A stretch of 46,751 bases of DNA, filler included, from Jimgerdemannia flammicorona (lineage: Eukaryota), in assembly GCA_003990765.1 (NCBI GenBank). It is 2 parts of 2 records of this genome, joined end to end, with 100 filler letters (N's around TTAATTAATTAA, not from the genome) between each part and the next. Parts side by side here need not be neighbours in the genome. Positions count along the whole stretch, not along the records: positions 1 to 23,329 come from RBNJ01001118.1; 1 more part is not named here. The stretch is one strand, 5' to 3'. Below the pieces are notes generated by a model that did no database searches, was not told where the DNA came from, and saw nothing but the letters and a program-made list of their open reading frames with translations. Positions 1-11,568 of the stretch are shown here, one piece after another. Every line of letters begins with the position of its first letter. Positions within the stretch are counted from its first letter, which is position 1. Made by a program: the position numbers and the translations under genes.

Positions 1-1193
1 TTTTTTTAATGGACTCATAGTCCCATGGATTTTTATTGGAAGAGAACCTAGACTATATAGGCCAAAACCCTCCCCCACCATCCACCGAACAATATCCCCC
101 CATTAACCTAGGCTACTAAATTGTCTAGCAGTCCCACCACTCCAGCTATGCCTGTCAAACACCAGCTATGTCGACCCTCATAATATAGACTAGACTTGTC
201 TGCTCACCAGGGCTGGATCATTATTTACATGTGAGAGCACACCTACATATCAGATCTAGCAGTACCAGGACTGAATAAAGAATAGTTCCCCAAACTTCAA
301 AAGAAAGTCTGAGGCAAAGAAAAAATCCCCCAACCAATCAACAAAGAGTAAAGTAGATTCAAAGTGGGTGAGTAAAGAACTTACATACAGCACCTTCCTC
401 AAAGGACTCACACATGGGCTAGGGCCTGAAGAGACCCCACTCCCACTCCCCGAGCCTGTGGACCTCAATTATATTGCTGTATTAGCTCCTGGTTCCAGTT
501 GGATACTGCCAATGAGGAAGGCCCCACTCTCTAAGCCTGTAGGCCTCGATTGCATTGCCACATCAGCTCTCGGTTCCAGTTGGATACAGCCAGGATGCTA
601 GCCCCTGCACTACCCCACCCCCCACCAGCCAATCAAAAGGCCCCACCAAAATATTGTCCACTCTAGCCCTGATGACCACCCCCAGCCTGGCACCCCACTA
701 GTTCACTGTAATTGCCCTTCCTCCTATCTGTGATGGCCATCTCTCCTCTCATCCTGACATCACCCAAAAAATAGTTACCTATACCAGAACTATACTCACT
801 GGGAAGTTCGCCAAAGCCAGAGGGCCCTACCATAAGCACCGAGAACCTGTAGGTAACCTACACTGAGCACTTGATGCCCAAGGTCAGCTGACTCCCTACA
901 TAGCCTGAGATACACTGAGACAGTATCTTGTTGGTAATGGCAAAAGAAAGAAGACACCACACCAAAACAGATGTACTCCAGATGCAGCTGAAGATACCAG
1001 AAACCATGAAAAAGTGGAGAAGATACCAATCTGACACCAATAAAGGGGCAACTCATCACCATTGCCCTCCTCCCACCATGCCCATGCAGGTACAGCAAAC
1101 CAACCTGAGGTAGAGGGGGTAATAATAGGGGAAAGGGGACTCAGAAGGTTGCCTACCAAACCTTGTGACCAGTAAGGTAGTGGAGAAAGGAGC
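1..1193 (-). mobile_element. ~1.19 kb poly(A)-tailed non-autonomous retroposon or LINE 3' end, copy 1
   Basis: Homologous to 31412-32590 and 30465-31410. On the minus strand it has AATAAA shortly before a poly(A) tail (poly-T at window start). Homology to copy 3 stops at the same GAGAAAGGAGC end. CpG-depleted; no long ORF. Confidence 0.7.
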
Positions 1194-2242
1194 ACTGCTA
1201 ATTCTCCTCCTTCTCATGTCGGCTGGAATTGTTAATGAACTCGAGTAAAGAGCATTTGTGGCTTGTACTGATGTAAATGTCATAAACGGTGACATCATCA
1301 ATCTTTACGTAATCAATCATTATGAACCCTGCCCGCTTCCCTTCAATAATTCTAGTAAAAATCCCAACAGTTAATGCATTCGATATTCTCGCCAAACGAA
1401 CCAAAACTCGAATATCGCATTAATTGCAGAATGAACCTTGTCAACCGATCCAAGTTGATTTCATAAGGAGCATCAGGGCATCGAAAAGAGGTATCGCGTC
1501 CACGGTCTCAGGTTGGTGACGTCACCGTCCGATATAAACAAAACCGAGTGCCGACCGGCCACGTGGAAGTCAGAGTAGCAATTTTAATGCAACTTGTGCA
1601 AGAGCGTTCTTGGTTTTTATTCATGAGGTTTCAATCACATCTCACTGCTGATTGCTAAGTGGAAAGCGAAGTAAACCGTTTTTTCGTTCACGTGAAAAGC
1701 TGGGTGGGTTTTTATATCTCATTCGAGTCTACGAACGAACACACAAATTGGCAACTTGATGTGCGGTACACACGATTGAAGATATAAAAATTAGGATATA
1801 CATGGAACTGAGCAGAGGAGAAAGCTCAGGAAGATGAACTTTAAAATGTCGTGCGTCATTGCTTCAGCTGTTAGGTTAACAGCTGAACACGCCAATCAAC
1901 TTACACCGTCAAAAATCTACTGTCTCTGACCCCGCATTTCCCCAAAGAACCTCCTCCGCCGAAACCTGCAGTCGCTGACACAACCTTATTGCCTTTCATT
2001 ATTGTCTTTCACATAAATAAGTCGTTTATTGATAAACTGTGGTAACCCACTTTCATTGATCAAGTGGCGACCGCCACAACAGATAATATAAAAAAAAAAT
2101 TATTGCGTTGCTGTAGCCTTGCTCTGAATATTTGCAAGAAAGTCAGTCGAAGTCAATCACTTCAGCCTATAGTATAACTGTACGTCGCAAAGAAAAATCA
2201 AACTGCGCATCAAAAGAATTTTCGGAACGTACATGGCTTCCA

Positions 2243-4229
2243 TCAATCAGAAGGCACGACATTTATGTCTGATTCGGTGAACCAATCGGAATTATAGACT
2301 TGGGCTTTATCGTTCTCTTTCGCGTCATTGTATCGCAGAATTTCGGATTCATGAGCTGAGGGACAAAAATAAAATACGTAGACACAAGGTCAGTCAATGA
2401 TGGGATTGTTAATGACTAGGTTAAAATGAGAGATATACTAACCAATGTAAGCAATCTTTTCCGGGAACATCTTCGGTTCTCTGCGCTCCTTGGGCAGCAT
2501 TAATAAATGCTCCACCCTCGACACAGTTTCCGCCATCATGATGACCCATTCTCGCTGGCCATTTGCGTACGTCCTACTGAAAATGTCGTTGAGCAAGGCG
2601 ATGGAGACATTCAAAATCCCAATCGTAACCATAAAGGTAAACACGCATTTCAACACGGTCCGGTAAGGGCTTGTGTCGTATGCGGATAAGCTGGACCAGT
2701 CACCGCCGAGAAAGTAGACGATAGATGGCACGGCAGAGTCCCACTGATAGAACGCACCCGTCGATGCATTGTAAGATGGAGCGTTAAGTGAGATGGTGTC
2801 GGCAACGGCTCCAGAAGTATCGGTGAGGTTGCCGATGTAAGGGTTGGCCCCGTTACTGGGTGCTACGTGATGGAGAAGAACAAGGAGCGCATGTGCGAAC
2901 GCCAGCAGAAAGGCGCTTGCAATGAATATGAAAGGCCAAATGTTTTGGAGAATTGAATATATAACAATAACTAGAATGCCGATTCTTTTGACGACTGTTG
3001 GTGATGATGATGAAATAAATCATTAGATGCAGGTTGATAGAAGAGAAAGATATCGGAATGAATTTTGTTCGAAGTCAAAGAGGATGTGCGCTTTGAGGAG
3101 AAAACCGAAGACAATTACCGCGCAACCGGCTGATCTATGTTTAAGTTAAAATTCAGAGTATCATTGTCAATCATGCCTATCTGCAACCCGGGAAGCAGTG
3201 ATTTCGACATTTAGCTGTAGAAATACATAATACTCACAAGGGAAATCCAAAGTAACAACAGCGAGAAACTTGGAAGCCAATCGTTTGGTTGATCGTGTAT
3301 ATTGATGTTAGCATATCTATCCAAAAGAGCTGTAGCAAACGGGAAGCCAATGGTGGCGATGTCGGTGTAATTGTACGTGCATGTCAAATAGGACACGGGG
3401 TCAATAATCAGCAGCCTGAATTCTTGGAAGATGAAGTAGACGCCCAATACGATTGTTGTAATATCTCCGGCATCCGGCCCGATGTGACGATCAATCATAG
3501 CCGCGAAAACAGTAAAGTAGGTGAGGAAGAGCGCAAAATTCAGCCAGTAGCGTGTTCTTGCGAACGAACGCCTATGATAAATAGAAGTCAACCGTTAGTT
3601 TGATCGCCAAAAAACCGAGCGTACCACAAAAGAGAAGGAATTTCATACCATTTAAATTCAACGACAGCTTCCAATACCGGTTCCGCGAAATCCGAATTTT
3701 TCGAGCGTGCAAATTTCGTGAAGGGGCTGAATTGTTTACGCCAAGAGGTTGTTTCATACTTTGAAAAGTCGTACAAGGGCACAATGCAAAAACTGTAACG
3801 TCGGTTTTTTTTATCAGCCAAGTTGAATATGTCAATGTTCTTTATAAATACGTCGATATAACTATCTTTCATCGGTTCGCAATTATTGGATACTGGATCA
3901 AATATGCACGGATGAAAATTTTCCAGCTCCGTAAATTTGCGGTCTGAGCTGTCGTTCTTGATGTTGTCCGCCGGCAGCTTGACGTACGACAATTCTCGAA
4001 GAGCACTAGACGCCAATTCCGGAGCCTTGTCAATCGCTTTGACAAGTGCTTTTGTAAGGTTCCCTCCATGAGCGTCGTAGTCTTTATTTTGAGTTACACC
4101 GATCACGGCGGCTTTGACTGCCATTTCGATGTCGATATCTTCAGGCTGCATCTCGAGGTCTTGTTCAGAGAGGTTTCTGGCCGCTTTCGTTTCAAGAGTC
4201 GTAACACTTAGATCTGAGTGATCTGCCAT
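2243..4229 (-). CDS. TRP-like 6-TM cation channel, copy A (~531 aa); exons 4229-3649, 3571-3238, 3134-3119, 2994-2443, 2355-2243
   Basis: GT-AG introns give one open frame. Pre-S1 AVVEFKWRSFAR, S1-S4 ending WISLISRLRVVKRIG, S5 LLAFAHALLVLL, pore YFLGGDWSSL, S6 ILNVSIALLN and a TRP-box-like EWVIMMAETVSRVE follow. Confidence 0.85.
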
Positions 4230-5247
4230 TGCGACGGGGAGGTTGAAAAGGTTGCCAAATGGGATTTTTTTGTTTTTGTTTTTGGAGAGGGGGGAGGTGA
4301 AAGAAGTCGAGCTTTAATGTAGTCGAAAATTGTTCCACAACGACCAGGAGCGGGCTAGTACTCCGTGTTGTGGGATCACTTTCAGACAGGTTAAAGATTG
4401 GTGGTTCCCATGTAATTATGTAGTATAAACATTTGGGAGAACCAGCTGACTTTTATCCCCTGTGTCAAGCCGAACCCGGGAAAAGATGATGAAACATCCG
4501 CTTCTGAAACCTGGGTTACGTCCAAACTCAACTGGGTACGGGGGAAAAGGCAATTTCGCCTCCCGCTGTGTGTGGGCTGTCATAAAACGTTAGCCCTGGA
4601 CTGCTGTGCTGCACAAAAGTCAGCTGACATTTTGCTTGGCGGTGTCACATACACGACTGACAGCTATGCATACTCTGCGTATGCCGAGTTCCGGGTGACT
4701 CGTTGAAGTTCTGGCGTGGGTAGAGAGAACGAGAAATTGAGAACTCAGAGGTCGAACATCGAATACTCCTTTCGGTCCTGTTAGTGAAGTGAACTGCGAC
4801 ATTTTGGACCTCGCTCATTCTGTGATATATATTCTAACACACCCTTCGTAGGTTTGTTCTCAATTTTGGAATTGTCCCACGCGTGGCCTTATCAAGTTGC
4901 TTGGCATCAAATATGGGAGGCCGGTGACTTTCTTTAGTGTTTTGGAATCTTTGTCATTTTGAATACGCCGATAGTTACTAATTTGTCAAAGTGGCTGCAG
5001 GTGCTCAACAACTACGTGAAAGAAATAACTGCTGAAATGCGGGGGACAGCGATTAGACTCAACTTATTGGGGGGCTCTTCAAAGCGCCGTTTTTTTTTTT
5101 TTTTTTTTTTTTACAAAAAAAAAAAAGGCAAGTGAGATTAAATGATATGTGATTTACATTAATATTAATGTTGTTTGAGAGCTATGAGGAAAAAGAGGGA
5201 AGGGGCGAAGTTGAAGATGAAAACATCAATTGTCTGATGTTGCTTAT

Positions 5248-5471
5248 TCAAGGAATCGTTATCCCAGCTTCAATGATCTTCCTGAAAGCGACTTCATTAT
5301 CGGTTGCCCAGTTACCACCACTCACTACGTTGCTGTAGGCACGTATAATTCCCCACCATTCGAATTGTTCGATTCAAATATACTATTGACTGCTGATACG
5401 CATTGGCCGATTATCAGCAGATTCGCCACTATTACTAATATGAACGTAATGCCAAATGTTGTCACCGCTAT
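5248..5471 (-). pseudogene. Orphan copy of the last exon of the 11569-13026 membrane-protein gene
   Basis: Reverse complement matches 12790-13026, with a ~10-nt deletion near 5375. Confidence 0.85.
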
Positions 5472-6019
5472 AATCACGCCCTCAGTCTCGACCATGGTGT
5501 TATTTTATAGTATCTGATTTGTGTGACGTCGAGGACCATACTAAAGAGTGTAAACTTCTCTCTCACTTTCTCGCAACCGACAACCTATTTCCCAAACACC
5601 ATTCGCTCAGTCACGAGGAGCGGTCATGCTAAAATAGGTACCTGCGGCGCTTATATGTAAGTTGTCGCATTTGATGGTGTCTGAAGATCGGAATGAAGCA
5701 AGTCCCGGTGTGAATGATCACTTGAAATCTGTCGCTAACAAAGGGACGGTCGGTTGCCTGAAAAAGCCAGATCTATAGCTAGTAAATTCCTTAAGGCGGC
5801 GCAGGACGACCTCTCGGGCTTGAGTTGTTTAGAGGCAATGGATCCTGGCTTTAATTGCACGCGTTTTTTGCACGCGTTCTTCTTCCGACTTCTTGCCTTT
5901 CCGCTTGAGCAATTCCCTCTTAACACGACAAAATGATAAATAGCTGCTTCAATCACTCCACAAGCCTCATATTTATACATTTTTCTTCCTCTTTGCTAAT
6001 GAACACTACGTGAGTATGC

Positions 6020-7601
6020 CGTATATTGGTGGCAGGCGTATATCTATCCAAAATAGCTATATTAAACAGAAGCCAATGGTGGCGGTGTCTGTGTAATTGT
6101 ACGTGCATGTCAAATAGGTCACGGGTCCAATAATCAGCAGCTTGAATTCTTGGATGAGTAGGCGTCCAATATGACTGTAGAAATATCTCCGGCCTGACCC
6201 AATATGACGACCAATCGTAGCCGCGAAAACAGCGAAGTAGGTGAGGAAGAGCGCAAAATTCAGCCAGTAGCGTGTTCTTGCGAACGAAAGCCTATGATAA
6301 ATAGAAGTCAACCGTTAGTTGATCGCCAACAAACCAAGCGTACCACAAAATAGAAGGAAAATTCATACCATTCATATTCCCACACCAATTCCGCGAAATC
6401 CTAATTTTTCAGGTATGCTGACTTGTTTACACTTAGAGTTGGTATATTCATATATGTTGAGAAGTTGTGAAAGGACGCGATGCATAAACTGTAACGTCGG
6501 TTTCTTTTTTCTATCAGCCAAGTTGAATATGTCGATGTTCTTTATAAACACGTCGATATAACCATTTTACATCGGTTCCCAATTTTCGGATGCTGGATCA
6601 AGTATGCACGGATGAAAATTTTCCAGCTGTGTTGTAAATACTTGATCTTGTCCGCCGGCAGCTTGATCTTGTCCGACGTATATACGACAATTCCCGAAGA
6701 GCACTAGACAGCCTTTTCAATCGTTTGACAAGTTCCCCTCCGCGAGTGAAGTCTTTCTATTACACCGATCACGGCGGCTTTGACTTCTACCTCGATGTCG
6801 ATATCTTCAGGCTGTTTTTCGAAGTCTAGTTTGGAGAGGTTTCGTATCAAGAGTCGTGACACTTAGATTTAGATCTTCTATTTGCGAGGTTGAATGGATT
6901 GCCAGATGTGACTTTTTTTTTTTTTTTTTGGGGGGGGGGGGGGGTTGTTCCACAATTGCCAGGAGCGGGCTAGTAGTCCGTGTTGTGGGTTCGGTTTCAG
7001 ATCTCAGGTTAAAGATAGACGTTTATGTAATGTAGTATTAACATTTGGGGGGATCAGCTGACCTTTTATCCCGTGTAAAGCCGAGGGAGAACACCCGCAT
7101 CCGAAACCTTGGGGTACGTCCAAATACGGGCAATTTCACCTCCCGCTGTGCATCACATACTGGACCAACACTGCGTATGCGGGTTCCGGGTTCCGGGTGA
7201 CTCGTTGAAGTTCTGGCGTGGGTACAGAGAACGAGAAATTGAGAACTCAGAGGTCGAATATCGAATACTCCTTTCGGTCCTCTCAGTGAAGTGAACTGCG
7301 ACATTTTGGACCTCGCTCATTCTGTGATACATATTCCAACACACCCTTCGTAGGTTTGTTCTCAATTTTGGAATTATCTCAAGGCCCCGTGCCCTCGAGA
7401 CGGATGGCGTGACCTTATCAAGTTGCTTGGCATCAAATATGGTGACTTTCTTATTCCGTTGTCATTTTGAATACCTGAATTGTCCCAGTGGCTGCAGACG
7501 CTCAAAACGAAAACAACCATGTGTAAACAAATAACTGCTGAGATGCGGGGGATAGCCGTTAGACTCAACTTTTTTTTTTATGGGGGCTCCTCATAGCACG
7601 G

Positions 7602-7638
<37 letters not shown>

Positions 7639-7756
7639 GGCAAGAGAAATTGGATGATACGAATATTTTATGTGATTGACATTAATATCAATGATGTTTG
7701 AGAGTTATTAGGAAAAGGGGGGGAGGGGCGAAGGCCGAAAATGAAAATACCAATTA
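6020..7756 (-). pseudogene. Third, decayed partial copy of the TRP-like gene (exons 1-2) plus its upstream region
   Basis: Translates to fragments such as SFARTRYWLNFALFLTYF and TCTYNYTD, with many indels. Upstream 6940-7756 matches 4330-5232. Confidence 0.9.
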
Positions 7757-7761
7757 TTTTT

Positions 7762-7970
7762 TGGCATTCTCGCCTTACGTATTCTGGTTCTATGATGTTC
7801 TAGGCATTCTGGGTACATTTTTGTTCTACCGCATTTTGAATTGAGGAATTCTGGGTGCAATCGTCTTCTGCAGCATTCGGAGTGGAGGCATTATTTTCTA
7901 CAGCATTCCGAACACACATTCAGGGTACATCCATTCCATTTCGGATACATTCTAGATTGATGCATTGTGG
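7762..7970. repeat. Degenerate array of (G)CATTC(T/C/G) motifs
   Basis: About ten CATTC/CATTT/GAATTC-like units within ~200 bp, e.g. GGCATTCTGGGTACATT and ACATTCAGGGTACATCCATTCC. Confidence 0.5.
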
Positions 7971-8464
7971 ATGGAGCTTGCAACTTGGTGATTCTTGAAC
8001 CATTTTCTGCTATGATGCTATGTCAAATATTAACTATTATATCCATATTCATTGCATTGCTTTTACACCTAGATTACCTACAACTACAAACGAAGAAAAA
8101 TTTATATCAATAGAACATCATAGCTTAATTGTCTGTCAGGTGCTTCGTACTTGACAACGCACTATGTGATGATTTTTTTATCCAAGTATTACGTCGGAAG
8201 CCAGGAGTTCGGATGCCAATCGTTTCAGGTGTGGGGTGGATTGTAATTATAAGCCGCTGCCTTGGCCATGAGAGGTTCCACAGAAATTGATCGCTAAAAT
8301 TCACTAAGTGAAGGGTCATACATCTTCAAACTTTTCTGGTATCTGCTCGCGGCGTGATGTATCAATGTGTATTTGGTATCTGATACTGGTGACTGGCAGA
8401 AAACGGTATCTATCTAACGGACCTAGGACCTAAGGACTGTCACGTGCCATAGTATACCAAGATT

Positions 8465-9350
8465 CATGGTCTTGGTACGCTACTCTTTCCTTCATCCCTC
8501 TCCAGCAAACCTACACTCTACATCCTGCTGTATATAGGGGAATCCTGGGTGATGCGAAAGTTAAGAAGTGAATTATTTTGTGGTTGAAGGAGTTAGAGCG
8601 CGGGATGATGCACGAGGTTCGTGGTAATTTATTTATTTTATCGGGTTTTCCGCATAGCTTTCGCTAGTTGTAGATATGATTTCTCATGCTTGAGAGAATT
8701 TAATTTCGCTTTTTCCTTCTTTGACTTCTCTGCAATTGGCATTGAAAGTTCTCCTAACTGCCAGCTACCGCAAAGACTCAAGGCCGCCTGCTGCATTGTT
8801 TTTGGCCTTATGAGGCATCCCGATACCCACCAATACCTGATGGCTATGTGTTTTGTAGATAATGGCACTTTCGGCGATACCAATTTGACAAGCTATACCA
8901 ACAGGTTTGACCTTGTCATCATGGGCCTTCCGTCTCAATAATCTCCACGTGCTCGGCATCCGCCACAGCGGATAACGTCAAACTTTGGAACCCTACGCCA
9001 ACTAAATCAGGATCTACTTTTTGTCCAACGGCCACAGAATACCCAAGATGCCCATACTTGATGTTGGACTCAGAAATTTCACAGGAGGATGAGTCTTTGG
9101 CCACATTGACTACCTTCCTAGATCTTTGGGTACAAACAGCAAAATCTCGCCTTGAAAGTTTACTATTTTGCCACACTCCTGCGGTAGGCCATTTCAGGTG
9201 CCCCACCCTGCGGCAACGCCCTCACCACCTTCTGGGTCACTGCGCGAGAAGATTATCTCAGGTGCCGACACCTTTGATTGACGTACTCAGGAGATGCTGG
9301 AACCAGGACCCAGTACAACACAGATATGGGCCAAGTACTCGAGGATTCGT
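8465..9350 (+). pseudogene. Tyrosine-kinase-like (TKL) protein kinase pseudogene
   Basis: Ordered subdomain remnants across frameshifts: VYRG..LKEL; intron ~8617-8764; FGLMRHPDTHQYLMAMCFVDNGT; LNNLHVLGIRHS; ILDVGL (DFG-like); FGHIDYLP; EVYYFATLL..ISGAPP; REKIISG; LRRCWNQDP; DMGQVLE. Confidence 0.8.
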
Positions 9351-9690
9351 AGAAGTGGTGCGTGCGCCTGGGGATTAAAAAATGTAATGATCCTGTCAGT
9401 GGAGCGCAGAATTACGAAGAGTTTACGCGTTCGGACATGCACGAGCGCGAGTATCAGGCCAATGATATATATTTAGACGAGTCGTTTGAGTTCTGCAGAT
9501 GGCTGAGCTGGTGTCGCCATCATTCACCAAGAAGTAGTTACACATGCATGACGTAGATGAGATTGCAAGAATCTGCGTCGATGTACGAGGGTAATCGGAT
9601 TTGAATGACACAAAGGGGATGTGGGCGAGGCAGAAGATATCTTAGTAAGTAGTTTAAAAAATTTGAGGTGTGAAGCAGTTGCACAAATAT

Positions 9691-9805
9691 GTCAGTCCGT
9701 CCACTTTGTATGATCTTAGTTTATCTTATTATTGTCAGTCCGTTCATCCGTCTTAATCAGTCCATCCGTCTTAGTCAGTTCGCCCATCGTCTATCCAAGT
9801 CAGTC
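9691..9805. repeat. Short degenerate tandem repeat (CAGTCCATCCGTCTTA-like)
   Basis: TCAGTC / CATCCGTCTTA units recur 4-5 times. Confidence 0.5.
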
Positions 9806-10514
9806 TATCTTTGTCAATCATGGCTAGTGCACCTATCCTGCTCGCGATACCAACTATATCTTATTTCAAACATTATTTCATCATCTCTTCAGAGGTTGTA
9901 TACGTTATCAGTAATTGGTAAAATTATAATTTATCATCACCAATTTTATTACCCAGCAAGGAATTTAAAATACTTCAACAGAACATAAAAACATTGCCTT
10001 TTGTTAATACACACATATATATAGCACTTTCACATTTTCATGAGCAACATACGAGCGACGTCGTCGCGTCCTCTCCAGCTTCGAACCACAACAACTCCCC
10101 AAGCCACATGTGTGTCAGATTCAGATTCACAAAAAGCATATCATCCCCACACTCGCCATCCCACACAACCCCCCAAACCCCCACCATATAAATCAGAGGA
10201 AGCGGGACACGCCAAAAACCTCATTCCACTGACAACGATTCTCCGCCGCGATAAATTCGGGGCGCGACAGTTAACCCTTGATGCAGATGGGATCTGCTAG
10301 AGGTGCATTTTATTTTTATTTTTAGAAAAACCCTTGTAGGTATATATATATAACCGTTTTAAGTATTAATTATAACGAAAAAATTATAATTTAAAAAATG
10401 AATTATAATTTAAAATTGGCTGATTTTTAAAATTAGGTTTAATAAATGATTTTTTTTATATCGTCTCAGGCGTTGCCACAACTATCGGCAAAATTCCCGT
10501 TTTCGGCGATGTTG

Positions 10515-10754
10515 CGAATCAATCGAATCGAATTGAGGATTTTTCAATTGAGGTCCAATTTGATTCGAAATTAAGAGTCAAACTTTGAAATACAATAACT
10601 TAACCAAAATACAGCTAAATTTGATGATCTTGTTGTGTAGATTCTCCTAGATAAGGTGAATCTAACAAACTAAATTTTGTCAAATTTGGTCGAGTTATTG
10701 AATTTCAAAAATTAAGGTTCAAATCAAAACTCAAATTCGATTCAATTCGATTCG
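10515..10754. mobile_element. ~240 bp imperfect palindrome (foldback/MITE-like)
   Basis: Nested inverted pairs centred at ~10650: CGAATCAATCGAATCGAATTGAG / CTCAAATTCGATTCAATTCGATTCG; TTTGAAATACAATAACTTAACCAAA / TTTGGTCGAGTTATTGAATTTCAAA; TAGATTCTCC / GGTGAATCTA. Confidence 0.7.
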
Positions 10755-11568
10755 TTCCTGGCAAAGTTCAACGTTAAGACGATGGGTATCGTTTTGGCGA
10801 GGTGCGAAAAGACCAAATGTGTTTGATAAATGCGTCCCTTTTTAGGGCCATGCATTGAAGGACCAGCTACACACGAGGCCTTCGTTCAGTATTTATAGCA
10901 ATAGAGTAATTCAAAGTGATAATAATATCAAAATAGTTTAAAATAAAAATATTCTTTATTATGTCTATCTTGGATGCATTGAATGTAAAGAGCTGTTGTT
11001 TTGGCAAAATGTATATAGTCAAAGCAATTAGGAGAAAGCTCATTGACAAAATTATCCCAAATTGTATAGGACTAATAAGAAATACCACTTAAAAGATTGT
11101 AAAAAAGGCAGGACAAATGTTTGCATTCACGCTTAAATGAATTTCGCGGTCACTCCTACATTCCCACACATATATATATATACTCTAAAAATAATTCAGG
11201 CACCGCCGAGTTGTGACTATCGACGCTTCGGACAACCCCTCAATTTGGGGACATCAAGTCAGACTTACAAAATAGTATATAATATCACCTGGTGCCAAAA
11301 TATTTTTTATGGTCGGCATGTGCGGTTTACACTTGTGCGACGTCACGGCTTGCATAACCATTAGGTAAAAGACGGAAGGATGTCCTACAGACTGATCATC
11401 GACGGATTGTGACCTGGCGATTGGGTCCTGCCTGTACCCGGGCCGACTGTATCTCTTTTTTCCGGCACCGAAGTTACCATAGAGACGTGGCATCCGAAAC
11501 AGACTTTTGATTCTGGCAACCAATTTATTTTTAATTTCTACTTACTGTCTTTCTTCAAACACACCCAA

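Larger units (their letters stand above)
1589..5471. repeat. Left arm of ~3.9 kb inverted segmental duplication (partner 12790-16771)
   Basis: Reverse complement matches 12790-16771 across UTRs, introns, promoter and exons, roughly 90% identity by eye. Confidence 0.95.

Noticed and set aside
660..700. CTGATGA, a possible hammerhead ribozyme core
   Set aside because: The homologous copy reads CCGACGA, so it arose by CpG deamination; no matching stems or GAAA seen.
1198..1450. Short ORF next to retroposon copy 1
   Set aside because: 68 aa, no ATG start and no recognisable motif.
9691..9805. CRISPR-like or functional repeat array
   Set aside because: Irregular degenerate units without unique spacers, in eukaryotic context.
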